A stretch of DNA of 43,197 bases from a virus. Where the stretch lies: the IMG/VR virus record IMGVR_UViG_3300029360_000019; one strand, 5' to 3'. A program made the position numbers and the translations under genes. Positions 1 to 9,791 of this stretch are shown in pieces. The notes beneath the pieces were generated by a model. The model searched no databases, was not told the origin of the DNA, and saw only the letters and a list, made by a program, of their open reading frames with translations. Positions within the stretch are counted from its first letter, which is position 1, and every line of letters starts with the position of its first letter.

Positions 1-123
1 ACTGTAACCAATGGTCGTCAAATCACCCGGAAGTGTAGGGCTGACAGCCGTGCGTTCTATCACTGCCTTGAAGCTGCCGCCACCCTCCAAAGTTCCGGTC
101 ACGCCGCCGATCACCACATCCTT
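1..123. repeat. Terminal direct overlap; 1-123 is identical to 43075-43197 (circularly closed or terminally redundant genome, about 43,074 unique bp)
   Basis: Direct comparison of the first and last 123 nt shows no mismatch. A minus-strand ORF stays in phase across the junction. Confidence 0.9.
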
Positions 124-357
124 CTTGATGTTCTCGGACAGTAGGGTTTCCGGTTTTTGAATCGTCACCTTATGCATGCCTTTGCTGCTGGTGGGCAGGA
201 TGACTTGATTGCCGGAGGGCATAGACAGCTCCACCGTCCTCTCCTCGGTAGCAAGCACCTCCATCACCTGACCCATCTCAGCATCCAGAGGGACTTCCCC
301 GCCGAAGGTGACTGCGAAGTCATCGCCGGGCCGGAACGCTACGTCAAACTCGATCAT
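1..357 (-). CDS. 5-prime part of the BspA-type leucine-rich-repeat protein gene; continues across the circular junction down to 42610 (273 codons in total)
   Basis: ATG at 357 overlaps the stop of 354..656 (ATGA). The frame is open to base 1 and in phase with ORF 42610..43191 through the 123-bp overlap. Confidence 0.75.
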   Translation of the reverse strand, partial: MIEFDVAFRPGDDFAVTFGGEVPLDAEMGQVMEVLATEERTVELSMPSGNQVILPTSSKGMHKVTIQKPETLLSENIKKDVVIGGVTGTLEGGGSFKAVIERTAVSPTLPGDLTTIGYS

Positions 358-656
358 AGCGCACCATCCCGGAGAATATGCTCCACCGGCACTTCGAATA
401 CCTGAGATGCCATGCGCTGCGCCCCCACGCCCACCCGGAGCTGTATCTTTGCGTCAATGCCTCTCCCGGCAGTAAGCGACAGGGTCTCAGCTTCCGTCAG
501 CGTGCAGGAGACAACATTCCCGTCCAGATGTACATCCGGCAATGTTTTTTCGATCTTAACCTGTCCGGCCTGAGCCACGGCAATGGACAGCACCGTGATA
601 CTTCCCGTGTCGATGGGCAGGCGGAATGTCAGCGTGGGGGTTGTACCTCGATACAT
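354..656 (-). CDS. Hypothetical protein of the fibre/lysis junction
   Basis: 100-codon ORF, stop-start coupled to the downstream LRR gene. No motif recognised. Confidence 0.6.
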   Translation of the reverse strand: MYRGTTPTLTFRLPIDTGSITVLSIAVAQAGQVKIEKTLPDVHLDGNVVSCTLTEAETLSLTAGRGIDAKIQLRVGVGAQRMASQVFEVPVEHILRDGAL

Positions 657-690
657 ACATATACCTCCTCATACTATAGATTTGCGAGGC

Positions 691-945
691 TCAGCGGTTG
701 GGCAGTCTTTCCAAATCCGCTATCCTGTGATTGGCGACCTTGATCTGCTCCTCCAACACCGGGACGCGCCGGGCGAAATTGTTGTGTTCCCGGACTTCCC
801 GGGTCAACTCCTCCAGTTTGGTATCTGTGACGGCCTGATGCGTGTCCAGCTTGGCCTGCACATCCCGGGTGGTTTTGTTGCTGGTGATGATTACCCCCAG
901 CAACGACAGTCCGCCGGTGATGAGAGCTACGACGATTGTTTCCAT
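691..945 (-). CDS. Small membrane-anchored coiled-coil protein (XhlA-like position)
   Basis: N-terminal hydrophobic helix IVVALITGGLSLLGVIIT followed by a heptad-like region. Lies between the fibre and lysis genes. Confidence 0.6.
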   Translation of the reverse strand: METIVVALITGGLSLLGVIITSNKTTRDVQAKLDTHQAVTDTKLEELTREVREHNNFARRVPVLEEQIKVANHRIADLERLPNR

Positions 946-1022
946 TCAGTAACTTCCTTTCTCCTCTGGGGCTATGTTATAAGGTGGTTCCCTCCATTTT
1001 CCACTGATCCGCAGCGAGACGA

Positions 1023-2879
1023 TTAGGCTGTTCGCCGCCAAGCATACACCGTCAGATATGGCGGCATATTGTTATGAGCCTTCCCGCCGCCGGTCGCACC
1101 GGTCGCCGTGTTGCGGCTGATGTCAAATGCCGCCGATGCGTAGGGATAGTACCGCCCGCTGCCGCTCTGAACGCCCATATCACCCACGGTGAACGCCTTC
1201 TGGCTGTTGGTGATAAAGCCGTAATACCCCGCCTGATTGGCCGGATTGTGCGTATGGCTCGGCATCTCATTTGCGGTCAGTGTATGCGCTGCTTCTCCGC
1301 CGCTGGCCCCGGCTGCGTATGTATCACCCGCAGCCAACAGGAATACATCCTTTATGCGTTCCCACGTCCCGCCGCCAAAAAGATCGACCGGGTCGGTGGC
1401 CGCAGTGGAGATATATACACTCCCCACCGGATGTGCATAATCCAGCAGCGTCGTCCCTCCTACCGCCAATGTTCCGTCTATCTGCACGTCCCTATCAAAA
1501 TAAGCATCCAGCCCCACTTGGATTGCATTTGCCTTGTCACAGAGACGGCCCAGCCCCACAGACAGCAGATGCTTTGCCAGATGGTAAAGGGCATACGCTG
1601 CCGGCAGATCTCTCAGAGAGGAACCTACACCCTCCCATGCATCCGTCGCCACCACACGCACCTCGTAGCGTTTGCTCTTGTCTGCAGCAAACACGGCAGA
1701 AATATCAGCAGGATCATAGTTTCCCGCCGCCGGTCGGCCTGCCGTAGTCCAATCTTCAGCGCCGACTTCCCTATACTGCACCGCATATGCTGCGGTGTTT
1801 TTAGCAGAAAGTGAAGTAATGGCCCCGGAGAAAGTCACCTTGCCATAAGTGCCAGCCCGGTTTGCTGTTCCATCGGCATTGCAACGGGCGGCAGAAATAG
1901 CAGTAATTGCTGGTTTGCTATAAGCGAGGACAGTGATACTTTGTGTCTTTGTAGTCGTGCGCCCTCGGCTATCCGTAACGGCGCAAGCAACAATCAGTTC
2001 GCCGGAACCGGGCAGATAATCCGTTGTACCACTGGCCGATGTCGCAGCGTAGATGCTGCCCACCTTGATACTGTAAGACTTGATGGAACTGCCCTGCACA
2101 CCGGATGCGGTGATATCCACTTTGACTTTGCTGCGAAGCTGGACATATCCACCATAGGTGTTGGACACACCTGTTGGATCATCGATTGCAACAGACAAGG
2201 ACGGAACCACGGTTGACGGCACGGCAAGCTTAACAGCCGTTGACCACGCCCCAACATAGGTGCTGCCGTTGTACGTCTTTACTGTGAGTGTGAGCGCCAC
2301 AGTCTCTGCGTTTGGTGCTTGCTGTGCCAGAGACACAGGCGGTGCGTTCCAACTGTACGATGTGCCTACATTTTCGGCAATCAGTTTGTCCTTGACGCTG
2401 CCGCAGGTGTAATAGAGTTTGTGCGTAAAGCTGCTGCTGGCCCGCTTGATGGTGATGGTCAAGGTTTTCCCCAGCGTGGAGCCGCTTGTGGTGGCCGTGG
2501 ACGCTCTTGGAATGGTGGTCAGCGTCACCGTTTCCGACAAGGACAAATGGCGTGGCGTGTAGGAGCTGTCAAAGCCACAGTCCCACTCTGCTGTCAACGC
2601 AATGCTTTTCGTGCCGTCTGCATTATGGCTGACTGTAATAGTCTTGCTGCCCAGTTTGTACCATCCGGTGGAACTGTAATTATACGGATTCCAGCGTTTT
2701 TCGCCCTGAAGTATATAATACGCTTCGCCGCTGCTCTCGTTCTGTGAATATCCGGTTCCGTCATATACCCACAAATCAAGACTTAATGTGCTTTTGTTGT
2801 CTGCGATAGACTGGCCTGTGATTGACCAATCCAGACGCAAGCGCCAGCCTTTGTTTGTGCTGCTGTAAATGGACGCCAT
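1023..2879 (-). CDS. Tail fibre / receptor-binding protein with tail-collar-type C-terminus
   Basis: Start set at ATG 2879 (AGGAG upstream; the upstream gene ends at 2894). C-terminal GEAAHTLTANEMPSHTH...GGGKAHNNMPPYL matches the phage tail-collar fibre motif. The N-terminus resembles DUF859-type siphovirus proteins. Confidence 0.8.
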   Translation of the reverse strand: MASIYSSTNKGWRLRLDWSITGQSIADNKSTLSLDLWVYDGTGYSQNESSGEAYYILQGEKRWNPYNYSSTGWYKLGSKTITVSHNADGTKSIALTAEWDCGFDSSYTPRHLSLSETVTLTTIPRASTATTSGSTLGKTLTITIKRASSSFTHKLYYTCGSVKDKLIAENVGTSYSWNAPPVSLAQQAPNAETVALTLTVKTYNGSTYVGAWSTAVKLAVPSTVVPSLSVAIDDPTGVSNTYGGYVQLRSKVKVDITASGVQGSSIKSYSIKVGSIYAATSASGTTDYLPGSGELIVACAVTDSRGRTTTKTQSITVLAYSKPAITAISAARCNADGTANRAGTYGKVTFSGAITSLSAKNTAAYAVQYREVGAEDWTTAGRPAAGNYDPADISAVFAADKSKRYEVRVVATDAWEGVGSSLRDLPAAYALYHLAKHLLSVGLGRLCDKANAIQVGLDAYFDRDVQIDGTLAVGGTTLLDYAHPVGSVYISTAATDPVDLFGGGTWERIKDVFLLAAGDTYAAGASGGEAAHTLTANEMPSHTHNPANQAGYYGFITNSQKAFTVGDMGVQSGSGRYYPYASAAFDISRNTATGATGGGKAHNNMPPYLTVYAWRRTA

Positions 2880-2893
2880 GTTCTCAACTCCTG

Positions 2894-5254
2894 TCAACTG
2901 GCAATTACATCGCCGTTTTCGTCCTCCGTCCAAACCACGTTTCCGATACAGAGGATAGATACCTTGATACGCATTGCTTCCACGCCCTCTGCGGTGATCT
3001 GCAACTCCGGTGTGTTGTTGCGGACAAACTGCAACACATCATTATCCAGCCGCAGCAGGATTTCATTGCCCGTTTCGCCAATGATTAGGCCGTCAGACGT
3101 AAACCGGAAAGCCTTTGTGATCTCGCTGTACTTGCTTTGCAGATCGCCGTCCACCTTGTCAATGCGCTCGGTTACCTTAGTGATGTCAATGCTCAGCTGG
3201 TCAGTCAGCACAGACAGCTTTGTGCTGACCTCCTCTTTGTAGCTGTCAAAATCCCCGGTTTCTACATAGTTTTCCAGAGCGGACAGGATGATGGAGTTGA
3301 CATTCTGCTGCAGATCGGTAATCTGCTGGTGTGTGGCCTGAATCAGCTGATCGATTTGGGGCTTGGCGCTCTCGGTCATGGCATTACTGATGCAGTATGC
3401 GCCGGTGTAGGCCGTTTGGCCGTCTGAATAGGTGATCTTCGTGCGGCTCCAAAGGTAGGTGCCGTCCGTGATGGTCGGGGCTGCAGGCTGCCATGTGCCG
3501 CCGGACAGCTCTGTCTCAGAGGTGGAGAGGTAATATTCCACCTCCGTGCTCGTCACAGAAACACCGTCATCGCCCTTGGTTCCGGGCTTGCCGTCCGCTC
3601 CTACAATGCGCACGGGCGTTCCCCATATACCGCTGCTGGCGGACGCTGCTACCTTCTGTGAGAGCCATACCACAGCATCGGTCAGGTCTGTGTGCCAGCC
3701 GTTCAGCGTACCGTCTCCTGTGGGCTTGGCCGGGGTAGTCGTGCCGTCATGGTAAGTAATCCATACAGACAGACCGTTGGTGCCATTGGTGCCGTCCTTG
3801 CCGTCTGCACCGGCAGGACCGGGAGGCCCGGGGGTAAGCTCGATATTTTCAAGGTCGGTTTTTGTGGCATATGTTTTCTGGGCTTCTGTCTTGCTGATGG
3901 TGGACTCAAATTTCTCGTCAATGGCTATGAGCTTTTGGGAGAGCCCGGAAACAGCGTCCTGCTTGACAGACCCTACAGCTAAGGCACCGCCATTTATAGT
4001 GCCGTCCATCGTCAAAGCCACATTGCTGATGGTCTTTCCGCCATCCTTAGAAAATCCCAGGCCACCGATAGACATAATCCACATTTTGGTATTATCTTCC
4101 ACGGTGGGGGTATTTCTCAGCGTCCAGCCAGTAGGATAGCCGTCTTTGTCATAAGTGATTTCAAAATAACCCCCCTGTGCCCCGATTATTTTCTGGGTAG
4201 CATCTTGAAACGACTTTACAACATCTTCATACATTCTTTTGAACTTCTGTTCCGATGGAGAAGGAGTAGCATAGTCTGTATCCGATGGGCCATAGCAAGT
4301 CAAGTCGGCGGACATTCCACCCTTGATTTGCGTTTTTAGCTCCATCACATAGGCCGTCAGATTCTCTCCGCTGCCGCCTGTAACAGAAATAATGTCTCCC
4401 GCTTCAACGGCTGGGTTTCCACGCCACTTAACGGTGCAAGGCCGCATTGTTTTGCCGTCAATCTTGGCAAAAACGGTTTCTGCTACCTCTGCGGTCATGT
4501 ATGGATTAATGGTGGTAATACCTTTTCCCGCTCCCACACTGATGGGGTTGCTATCCGTGCCAGTCAAGAGACTGTGAATCGTAAATGCATCATCAGCGGT
4601 CAGCGTCAAGCCATCCATGTACTGCGTGTCGCGGTCAATCGTAAGACCGCTATCGGCATACCAGCAAAAGACAAGGTTTCCTGTTGCGTCAAACTTTGCG
4701 TTACAACCGATAAGACCGGCCAGCCATCCGAGCTGTTGCCGCAGAGTGCCCGTATAAGGCGCAGCAATCTGAATACTCGGCATAGTAACAGCAGGCGGTG
4801 TTACGCTCGCCTGTTTACAGACATCTGCCAGCACCTGTGCCGGAGTAGCCGGGAATGTGATAGTGGGCATATAGTCCTCTGTCAGACCAGCCATACGGTC
4901 GTAGCCTGTGACAGTTACCCACAGCTTCCCGCTATCCTCTACGCCATCTGAGGGGATGTAGTATTTGCCCTTTTGAACATATTGGGCTTCACCGACCACC
5001 ATGATACCGGCAGAGGGGATAAAATACGCACCATTCAGCGGTAGATTGTCCTGCTTGTAGAATGTAACCTTGCAACTGGACGAAAACGCCGCGCCGATGG
5101 TCACGCCGTCTGAGGAGCCAAACTGCTCCGTGACAACGATCTCCTGTATCTCCGATGCTGGAAGGTCTGTCGTACCGTTGAAATTTACCTTGCTGGTGAT
5201 TTCACGCCCCGGTGCAGAACACGCGGCGTTAAATGCGTCTGTTACAGTATGCAT
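2894..5254 (-). CDS. Tail-associated (Tal-like) minor structural protein with collagen-like repeats
   Basis: 786 codons downstream of the tape measure. G-X-Y runs GPPGPAGADGKDGTNGTNG and GADGKPGTKGDDG. C-terminal coiled coil. Confidence 0.75.
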   Translation of the reverse strand: MHTVTDAFNAACSAPGREITSKVNFNGTTDLPASEIQEIVVTEQFGSSDGVTIGAAFSSSCKVTFYKQDNLPLNGAYFIPSAGIMVVGEAQYVQKGKYYIPSDGVEDSGKLWVTVTGYDRMAGLTEDYMPTITFPATPAQVLADVCKQASVTPPAVTMPSIQIAAPYTGTLRQQLGWLAGLIGCNAKFDATGNLVFCWYADSGLTIDRDTQYMDGLTLTADDAFTIHSLLTGTDSNPISVGAGKGITTINPYMTAEVAETVFAKIDGKTMRPCTVKWRGNPAVEAGDIISVTGGSGENLTAYVMELKTQIKGGMSADLTCYGPSDTDYATPSPSEQKFKRMYEDVVKSFQDATQKIIGAQGGYFEITYDKDGYPTGWTLRNTPTVEDNTKMWIMSIGGLGFSKDGGKTISNVALTMDGTINGGALAVGSVKQDAVSGLSQKLIAIDEKFESTISKTEAQKTYATKTDLENIELTPGPPGPAGADGKDGTNGTNGLSVWITYHDGTTTPAKPTGDGTLNGWHTDLTDAVVWLSQKVAASASSGIWGTPVRIVGADGKPGTKGDDGVSVTSTEVEYYLSTSETELSGGTWQPAAPTITDGTYLWSRTKITYSDGQTAYTGAYCISNAMTESAKPQIDQLIQATHQQITDLQQNVNSIILSALENYVETGDFDSYKEEVSTKLSVLTDQLSIDITKVTERIDKVDGDLQSKYSEITKAFRFTSDGLIIGETGNEILLRLDNDVLQFVRNNTPELQITAEGVEAMRIKVSILCIGNVVWTEDENGDVIAS

Positions 5255-5257
5255 GGC

Positions 5258-5632
5258 TCACCTCTCGATGAAGTTCATGGAAATTTGTCCCCACAACCAT
5301 ACGCCATCATTGTTGGGGCGCATAATAGGAGCAGAACGATCACCCACATAGCAGGTGATCGTTCTGTTTTTCCCATCTAACGCGTCAGGGTATGTAAGCT
5401 CAAAAAAGGGGTCTGTCACGGCAGATAGCAACTTAGACATATTCGCCCCGTCCATCGGCAGCCATGTGCATTTTATTTTTCGCTTTACGGCTACTCGGTC
5501 ACGGAACAAGTTCCCGCTTTGGTTTCTGCCAGTATCATCCCCATCAAGATCTGATAGGTTCCATTCCAGTTCGGCGGGTGTTGGAGGAACGACACTTGTT
5601 CCATCGTTTTTCTTAATTTTCAGTACATCCAT
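5258..5632 (-). CDS. Tail component in the distal-tail-protein position
   Basis: 124-codon ORF immediately after the tape measure gene. Called from gene order only. Confidence 0.55.
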   Translation of the reverse strand: MDVLKIKKNDGTSVVPPTPAELEWNLSDLDGDDTGRNQSGNLFRDRVAVKRKIKCTWLPMDGANMSKLLSAVTDPFFELTYPDALDGKNRTITCYVGDRSAPIMRPNNDGVWLWGQISMNFIER

Positions 5633-5641
5633 TCATACACC

Positions 5642-7927
5642 TTACACTTTCAAAGGGCTTGCACCAGTTGCGCGAATCACGGAATTGTTCTCCTTGACGA
5701 TAGCATCGAACAGTTTCTTCCCGTCCACGCTGTCCAGCACAATGGTCACATGGGTGCTTCCGGATGCTTGTCCGACTTCCTCTCGGACGATCTGGCGGAT
5801 CAAATCAGCTGGTGCCTCGATGTTCGTGCCGCGCTTCTGGTCGCCCAAAACCGCCAAAAACTCGCGGTTGGCTGGAATTACGGCGCCCTTGGCCAGACGG
5901 GGGATGTGGACATTCCCCCAATTAACCCGACCAATGTTCACGCCAGGAATCTTGTTTAAGATGCCCGTGATGCCATTCACCATATCGCTTACGCCGCCCA
6001 GCACCCAGTTTATGCCCCGTTCAATACCAGAGATCAAGCCGTTCATGATGTTTTTGCCAAGGTTTGCCCACCACTGGGATGTAAAAACGGGCGCAATATA
6101 TGCGTTCCAAAAGTTCTTAATGCTCTGCCACACTTTTTTTATTTTATCGGTAATATAGCTCCAATTTGGCGCAATGGCCGCGGCCAGACTGGCACCGCCT
6201 GCGAGGAGCATACCAATGCCTAGCGGGATGCCTGCCCCTGCGAACAACAGGATAACGCCCAAAACAACAAGAAATGCTCCGACCATAGCGAGAGTTTTAC
6301 CGAGCGGCCCTTGCAGCGCTTGCGTAATACTGTCCCAATTTGGAACAATCGCCGTCGCAAGCCCAACCGCTCCAGCAGCCATAAGCCCAAGGCCAAGAGG
6401 GACATTTGCAAAAGTAAACAGCAATGCGGCGCCAAGCACAAGCAACGCGCCGCTCAAAATTGCAGTTACTGCGCCAATAGGCCCTTTCATTGCGTTTTGG
6501 ATTGCTTCCCAATTAACGGTTGCAGATGCCGCCAAAGATGCAGCGCCAACCAAAAGCAATCCTACTCCGAGCGGAATATTTGCGCCTGAAAGAGCAAGTA
6601 TGGCGCCAAGTACAAGGAAGGCGGCTCCAACAATACCGGAAATTACATCTATGTTGTCACTTATAAACCCTGTTATGGTATCCCAGTTGACGGCAACAAC
6701 GGCGGCCAAAGATGCAGCGCCAGCTATAATCATGCCAATTCCAAGCGGGATGTTTGCGCTTGTCATAACAAGGATTATGCCAAGGGCGAGCAAAGCTCCG
6801 GCTACAATAGTCACTATAACCGCAAGTGATCCTTGCAAAGTTTCTGCAATAAGGCCCCAATTTTCGGATGCGGCACCATATACCGCCAGCGCACCAGCAA
6901 CCATCAGAGCAATGCCGATCGGTATATTTGCGCCAGAAAAAGTCAACACTGCGCCCAATGCAAGAAGGGCAATTCCGGTAAACAAGGTTGCAACGGCAGT
7001 CAATCCGCTGCTGACTGTGCTTGTAAAATCCGGTGCGATTCCACCGCTTGCACTTGACCCTCCCGAGCTATCGGAATCTCCGTTTATTGTGTTCAGCTCA
7101 TCAAAAGGTGCCAGATATTTACTGGCTTTCTTCGCGGCAGAACCAACACCATCAATCGCTTTCTGCTGGTCATAAAGGCTTTTAGCCGCTTTCTGAGAAG
7201 ATGCAAGAGTGTTTCCAAACAGTGCAGATAGCAGCCGAGCAGCTGTATTTACCACCGTTGTAAGCACATTTGCGAGTAGCGTAAACGCTGGGATAACGAT
7301 GTTTACAATCGGCTGGGCCAGTGTACGCAGCGCACCTTTAAGCTTGGCAACCGCTGCCATTGCATCGGTGTTTGTCTGGATTGCCGACCACATATACTCC
7401 CTGATTTTGCGCAGCGCGGCTGTAATCAGCGTAAAAACAAACACACGCCTTGCAAGCCCCTTGATTCGGTTTCCAAGCTTTGTGAATCGCTTCCCGGCTT
7501 CCTCTGCAGCGGGGGACAACTCTCTTGTGCCATTTTTTGCTCCAGCAAGCTGCCCACTAAGTTCTCCCGCTTTTCTCTTTGCATTGTCAAGAGACGCAGA
7601 GGTTTTGTTGATTTTTGCATTGATCGTTTCCACCTTTAACGCCGCCGAATCGAACTCTTTCTGCATGGCGTTCACTTGTGCTTGCTGGTTTGCAATCGAG
7701 TCGGATGTAAAAAATTCCGCTCCGCTTTTCATATGTTCAAGAGTTGCTTTTGCCGCATCGAGATTTGCGCCGAGCTGTGCCGACTGCTCTACCAACGGGA
7801 GCTTTTCTCTTTCCAGATCATTTAGTTTTTCAGATAAACCAGAGATTTTCCTTGTAAGTGCATTGAGCTCTTTTCGAGCCTGCTTGTCGTCAACGTTTAC
7901 TTCCACCACGACAGACCCATCCGCCAT
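5642..7927 (-). CDS. Tape measure protein
   Basis: 761 codons. N-terminal coiled coil, central Gly/Ala-rich hydrophobic repeats. Follows the chaperone pair. Confidence 0.9.
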   Translation of the reverse strand: MADGSVVVEVNVDDKQARKELNALTRKISGLSEKLNDLEREKLPLVEQSAQLGANLDAAKATLEHMKSGAEFFTSDSIANQQAQVNAMQKEFDSAALKVETINAKINKTSASLDNAKRKAGELSGQLAGAKNGTRELSPAAEEAGKRFTKLGNRIKGLARRVFVFTLITAALRKIREYMWSAIQTNTDAMAAVAKLKGALRTLAQPIVNIVIPAFTLLANVLTTVVNTAARLLSALFGNTLASSQKAAKSLYDQQKAIDGVGSAAKKASKYLAPFDELNTINGDSDSSGGSSASGGIAPDFTSTVSSGLTAVATLFTGIALLALGAVLTFSGANIPIGIALMVAGALAVYGAASENWGLIAETLQGSLAVIVTIVAGALLALGIILVMTSANIPLGIGMIIAGAASLAAVVAVNWDTITGFISDNIDVISGIVGAAFLVLGAILALSGANIPLGVGLLLVGAASLAASATVNWEAIQNAMKGPIGAVTAILSGALLVLGAALLFTFANVPLGLGLMAAGAVGLATAIVPNWDSITQALQGPLGKTLAMVGAFLVVLGVILLFAGAGIPLGIGMLLAGGASLAAAIAPNWSYITDKIKKVWQSIKNFWNAYIAPVFTSQWWANLGKNIMNGLISGIERGINWVLGGVSDMVNGITGILNKIPGVNIGRVNWGNVHIPRLAKGAVIPANREFLAVLGDQKRGTNIEAPADLIRQIVREEVGQASGSTHVTIVLDSVDGKKLFDAIVKENNSVIRATGASPLKV
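6143..7015 (-). repeat. Five tandem 174-bp (58-aa) units inside the tape measure gene
   Basis: The NW dipeptide recurs at aa 356, 414, 472, 530 and 588 (exact 58-aa period). Each unit carries ANIPLGIG-like and hydrophobic segments. Confidence 0.8.
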
Positions 7928-7945
7928 TGAATCACCTCATTTCGC

Positions 7946-7984
7946 TTGACTTTTTGCATTTTTTAGTCATAATAAAGATATAAT
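7946..7984 (+). promoter_or_regulatory. Candidate sigma-70-type promoter of the plus-strand moron
   Basis: TTGACT at 7946-7951 with an A/T-rich -10 region (TAATAA near 7970, TATAAT at 7979-7984). The exact -10 is ambiguous. Confidence 0.4.
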
Positions 7985-8004
7985 TGTTTATAGGAGGAGA
8001 AAAT

Positions 8005-8712
8005 ATGGATGCTGTTATCGGAGTATTGAGTGTTATAGGCTTTATTGTTTCTCTTGCTTTGATTGTTGTATTTGCAATCAAAAAAAAGAAAATTCTTCCG
8101 CCATTAATTTCGCTTGTGTGCTGTTTTACGATATTTGTGGTTTGCGTCGCATTGCCGGATAGTTCTTCGCCTTCGCCTGCGCCGAATACAGATAACAAGC
8201 AGAGCGAACAGACCGATGAGGAAAAGGCCAAAGAAATGCTAACAAAGGCCAGCAATTCCTTTGAAAAAGGCGATTACATTGATGGAATTTCTACTTGCAA
8301 AAGTATTCAGGAATCTTATCCTAATACCAATGTTGCTGCCGGCGTGCAAGATTTTCTTGCGGACAAATTTGCCCAATACCAAAATTTTTCGGCAGAAGAC
8401 CTAATGAACGAATATATTAATAATGTCGTAAACGCAGATAAAAACATCACAGGAAATCCTGTAATTGTTTCAGGCGTTATTAGCAAAATAGATAAAACGG
8501 GTTCGACCCTTGCGGTTTTACTGAGTTGCGATCAGGTCTTTTATGCAATACAGCTTAATTTTAGGGGCTCTGATGAATCCGCTGTTGCCGCATTAAACCC
8601 GGGAGATGTGATCAAGGTCATCGGCAAATGTGACGGATTAAGCGGAAAGATTCTGCTTGTATTTGATAATAAAACAAATGTAATTTTATCAAACTGCTAC
8701 ATAATTGATTGA
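8005..8712 (+). CDS. Membrane-anchored protein with OB-fold-like (tRNA_anti-like) C-terminal domain; moron
   Basis: Start at ATG 8005 behind AGGAGGAG. Two N-terminal hydrophobic helices, a Ser/Pro linker and a C-terminal pattern GNPVIVSGVISKI...GDVIKVIGKC. Opposite strand to and more AT-rich than its neighbours. Confidence 0.7.
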   Translation: MDAVIGVLSVIGFIVSLALIVVFAIKKKKILPPLISLVCCFTIFVVCVALPDSSSPSPAPNTDNKQSEQTDEEKAKEMLTKASNSFEKGDYIDGISTCKSIQESYPNTNVAAGVQDFLADKFAQYQNFSAEDLMNEYINNVVNADKNITGNPVIVSGVISKIDKTGSTLAVLLSCDQVFYAIQLNFRGSDESAVAALNPGDVIKVIGKCDGLSGKILLVFDNKTNVILSNCYIID

Positions 8713-8717
8713 TTTGC

Positions 8718-8745
8718 AGCCGCCCCTTTGGGGGGCGGCTTTTAT
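8718..8745 (+). terminator. Intrinsic terminator of the moron
   Basis: AGCCGCCCC / GGGGCGGCT stem followed by TTTTAT. Confidence 0.7.
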
Positions 8746-9293
8746 CATGTCCACTTGATGATAATGTCCTCGTCCCGCTTGGTATATTGCCGTTTGAAAT
8801 CCACAAGATGCTTATTTTGCTTGTAAAACTCCTGGTCTGATTTATCCAGCTTTTGATTTTTGGATTTCTTTTTGCGGATGCTTACCACTTGGGCAAATGT
8901 GCAATCGCCTATTTCTTGGTATGCGGCTATAAATGTCCACCAGTGCAGATATTCAAGGGAACGGATTTCCGTACCAAGCACGCGATTTATGGGGCTTGCA
9001 ATCATCGGGAAATCCTGCTGCCAATCCATGAGCTTAGGGCGCTTTTCATCCCGGCATTCTTCCTCGCCGCAATTTATAAAGGATATGCATTGCCGCACCG
9101 CGTTCTCGTATTCCATGTATGGGATATTCTCGTAATCCGGGTAAAACATTTCCATCACTGCCTCTGCCTTATCGGCGCTGTCCAGCTCCGAATCAGAAAG
9201 CATTTCCAAAATGTCCAAAATGTCCCGGTAATCAGACCGAATGGCGTATTCCTTCCCGCCCAGCTCCACGGATTTTGGCAGGCTGTATCTCAT
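8745..9293 (-). CDS. Gp15-family tail assembly protein
   Basis: 182 codons between the chaperone and tape measure. Sequence resembles the bacteriophage Gp15 family (YAIRSDYRDILDI..., WWTF). Confidence 0.7.
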   Translation of the reverse strand: MRYSLPKSVELGGKEYAIRSDYRDILDILEMLSDSELDSADKAEAVMEMFYPDYENIPYMEYENAVRQCISFINCGEEECRDEKRPKLMDWQQDFPMIASPINRVLGTEIRSLEYLHWWTFIAAYQEIGDCTFAQVVSIRKKKSKNQKLDKSDQEFYKQNKHLVDFKRQYTKRDEDIIIKWT

Positions 9294-9730
9294 TTGTGGT
9301 ACTTCTTGGTGTACTTGCTAATGCGCGGGTTAGTAAGCTTCTGCTCCCGGGCATACGCAGTATCCATTTCGTCCACCAGCGCAAAAAGCAAATTTGCCCA
9401 AATGGGGAATCCGTTGGCCAGCGCGTAAAGATTCAGCTCACCAAAAAGCGGGGTGCAAATATCAAATCCGAACACTTCTCCGTTGATGATCTCCCGCATT
9501 TCCCGGTCCATCTTTTGACCAATGTCAAAAATTTCCTTTTTATCGGCGTTTTTTTGCACTTCGTCCTTATAACCCTCGTTCATTTTGTCAAGTTTTTCAA
9601 ACGCGGAAAAAAGCCGACGAGACAGGCCCATATCCAGCGGGTTAAACGCAAATTCACATTCTTTCCCGTCGGTAGTCACAAAAGTTTTAGTGACTACACC
9701 GGTATCAATTTTGATAATATTTTCGCTCAT
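9290..9730 (-). CDS. Tail assembly chaperone candidate
   Basis: Start set at ATG 9730 (MSENIIK). Acidic 146-aa protein downstream of the major tail gene. Confidence 0.6.
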   Translation of the reverse strand: MSENIIKIDTGVVTKTFVTTDGKECEFAFNPLDMGLSRRLFSAFEKLDKMNEGYKDEVQKNADKKEIFDIGQKMDREMREIINGEVFGFDICTPLFGELNLYALANGFPIWANLLFALVDEMDTAYAREQKLTNPRISKYTKKYHK

Positions 9731-9791
9731 GGTGTCCTCCGATTTATTTGTATATTGCGTGGTAATGGGGCGGGAAACCCCGCCCCTATTT

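Noticed and set aside
1023-5254. Diversity-generating retroelement acting on the fibre or LRR genes
   Set aside because: No reverse transcriptase gene and no template-like second copy of a fibre or LRR 3-prime region were found anywhere in the window.
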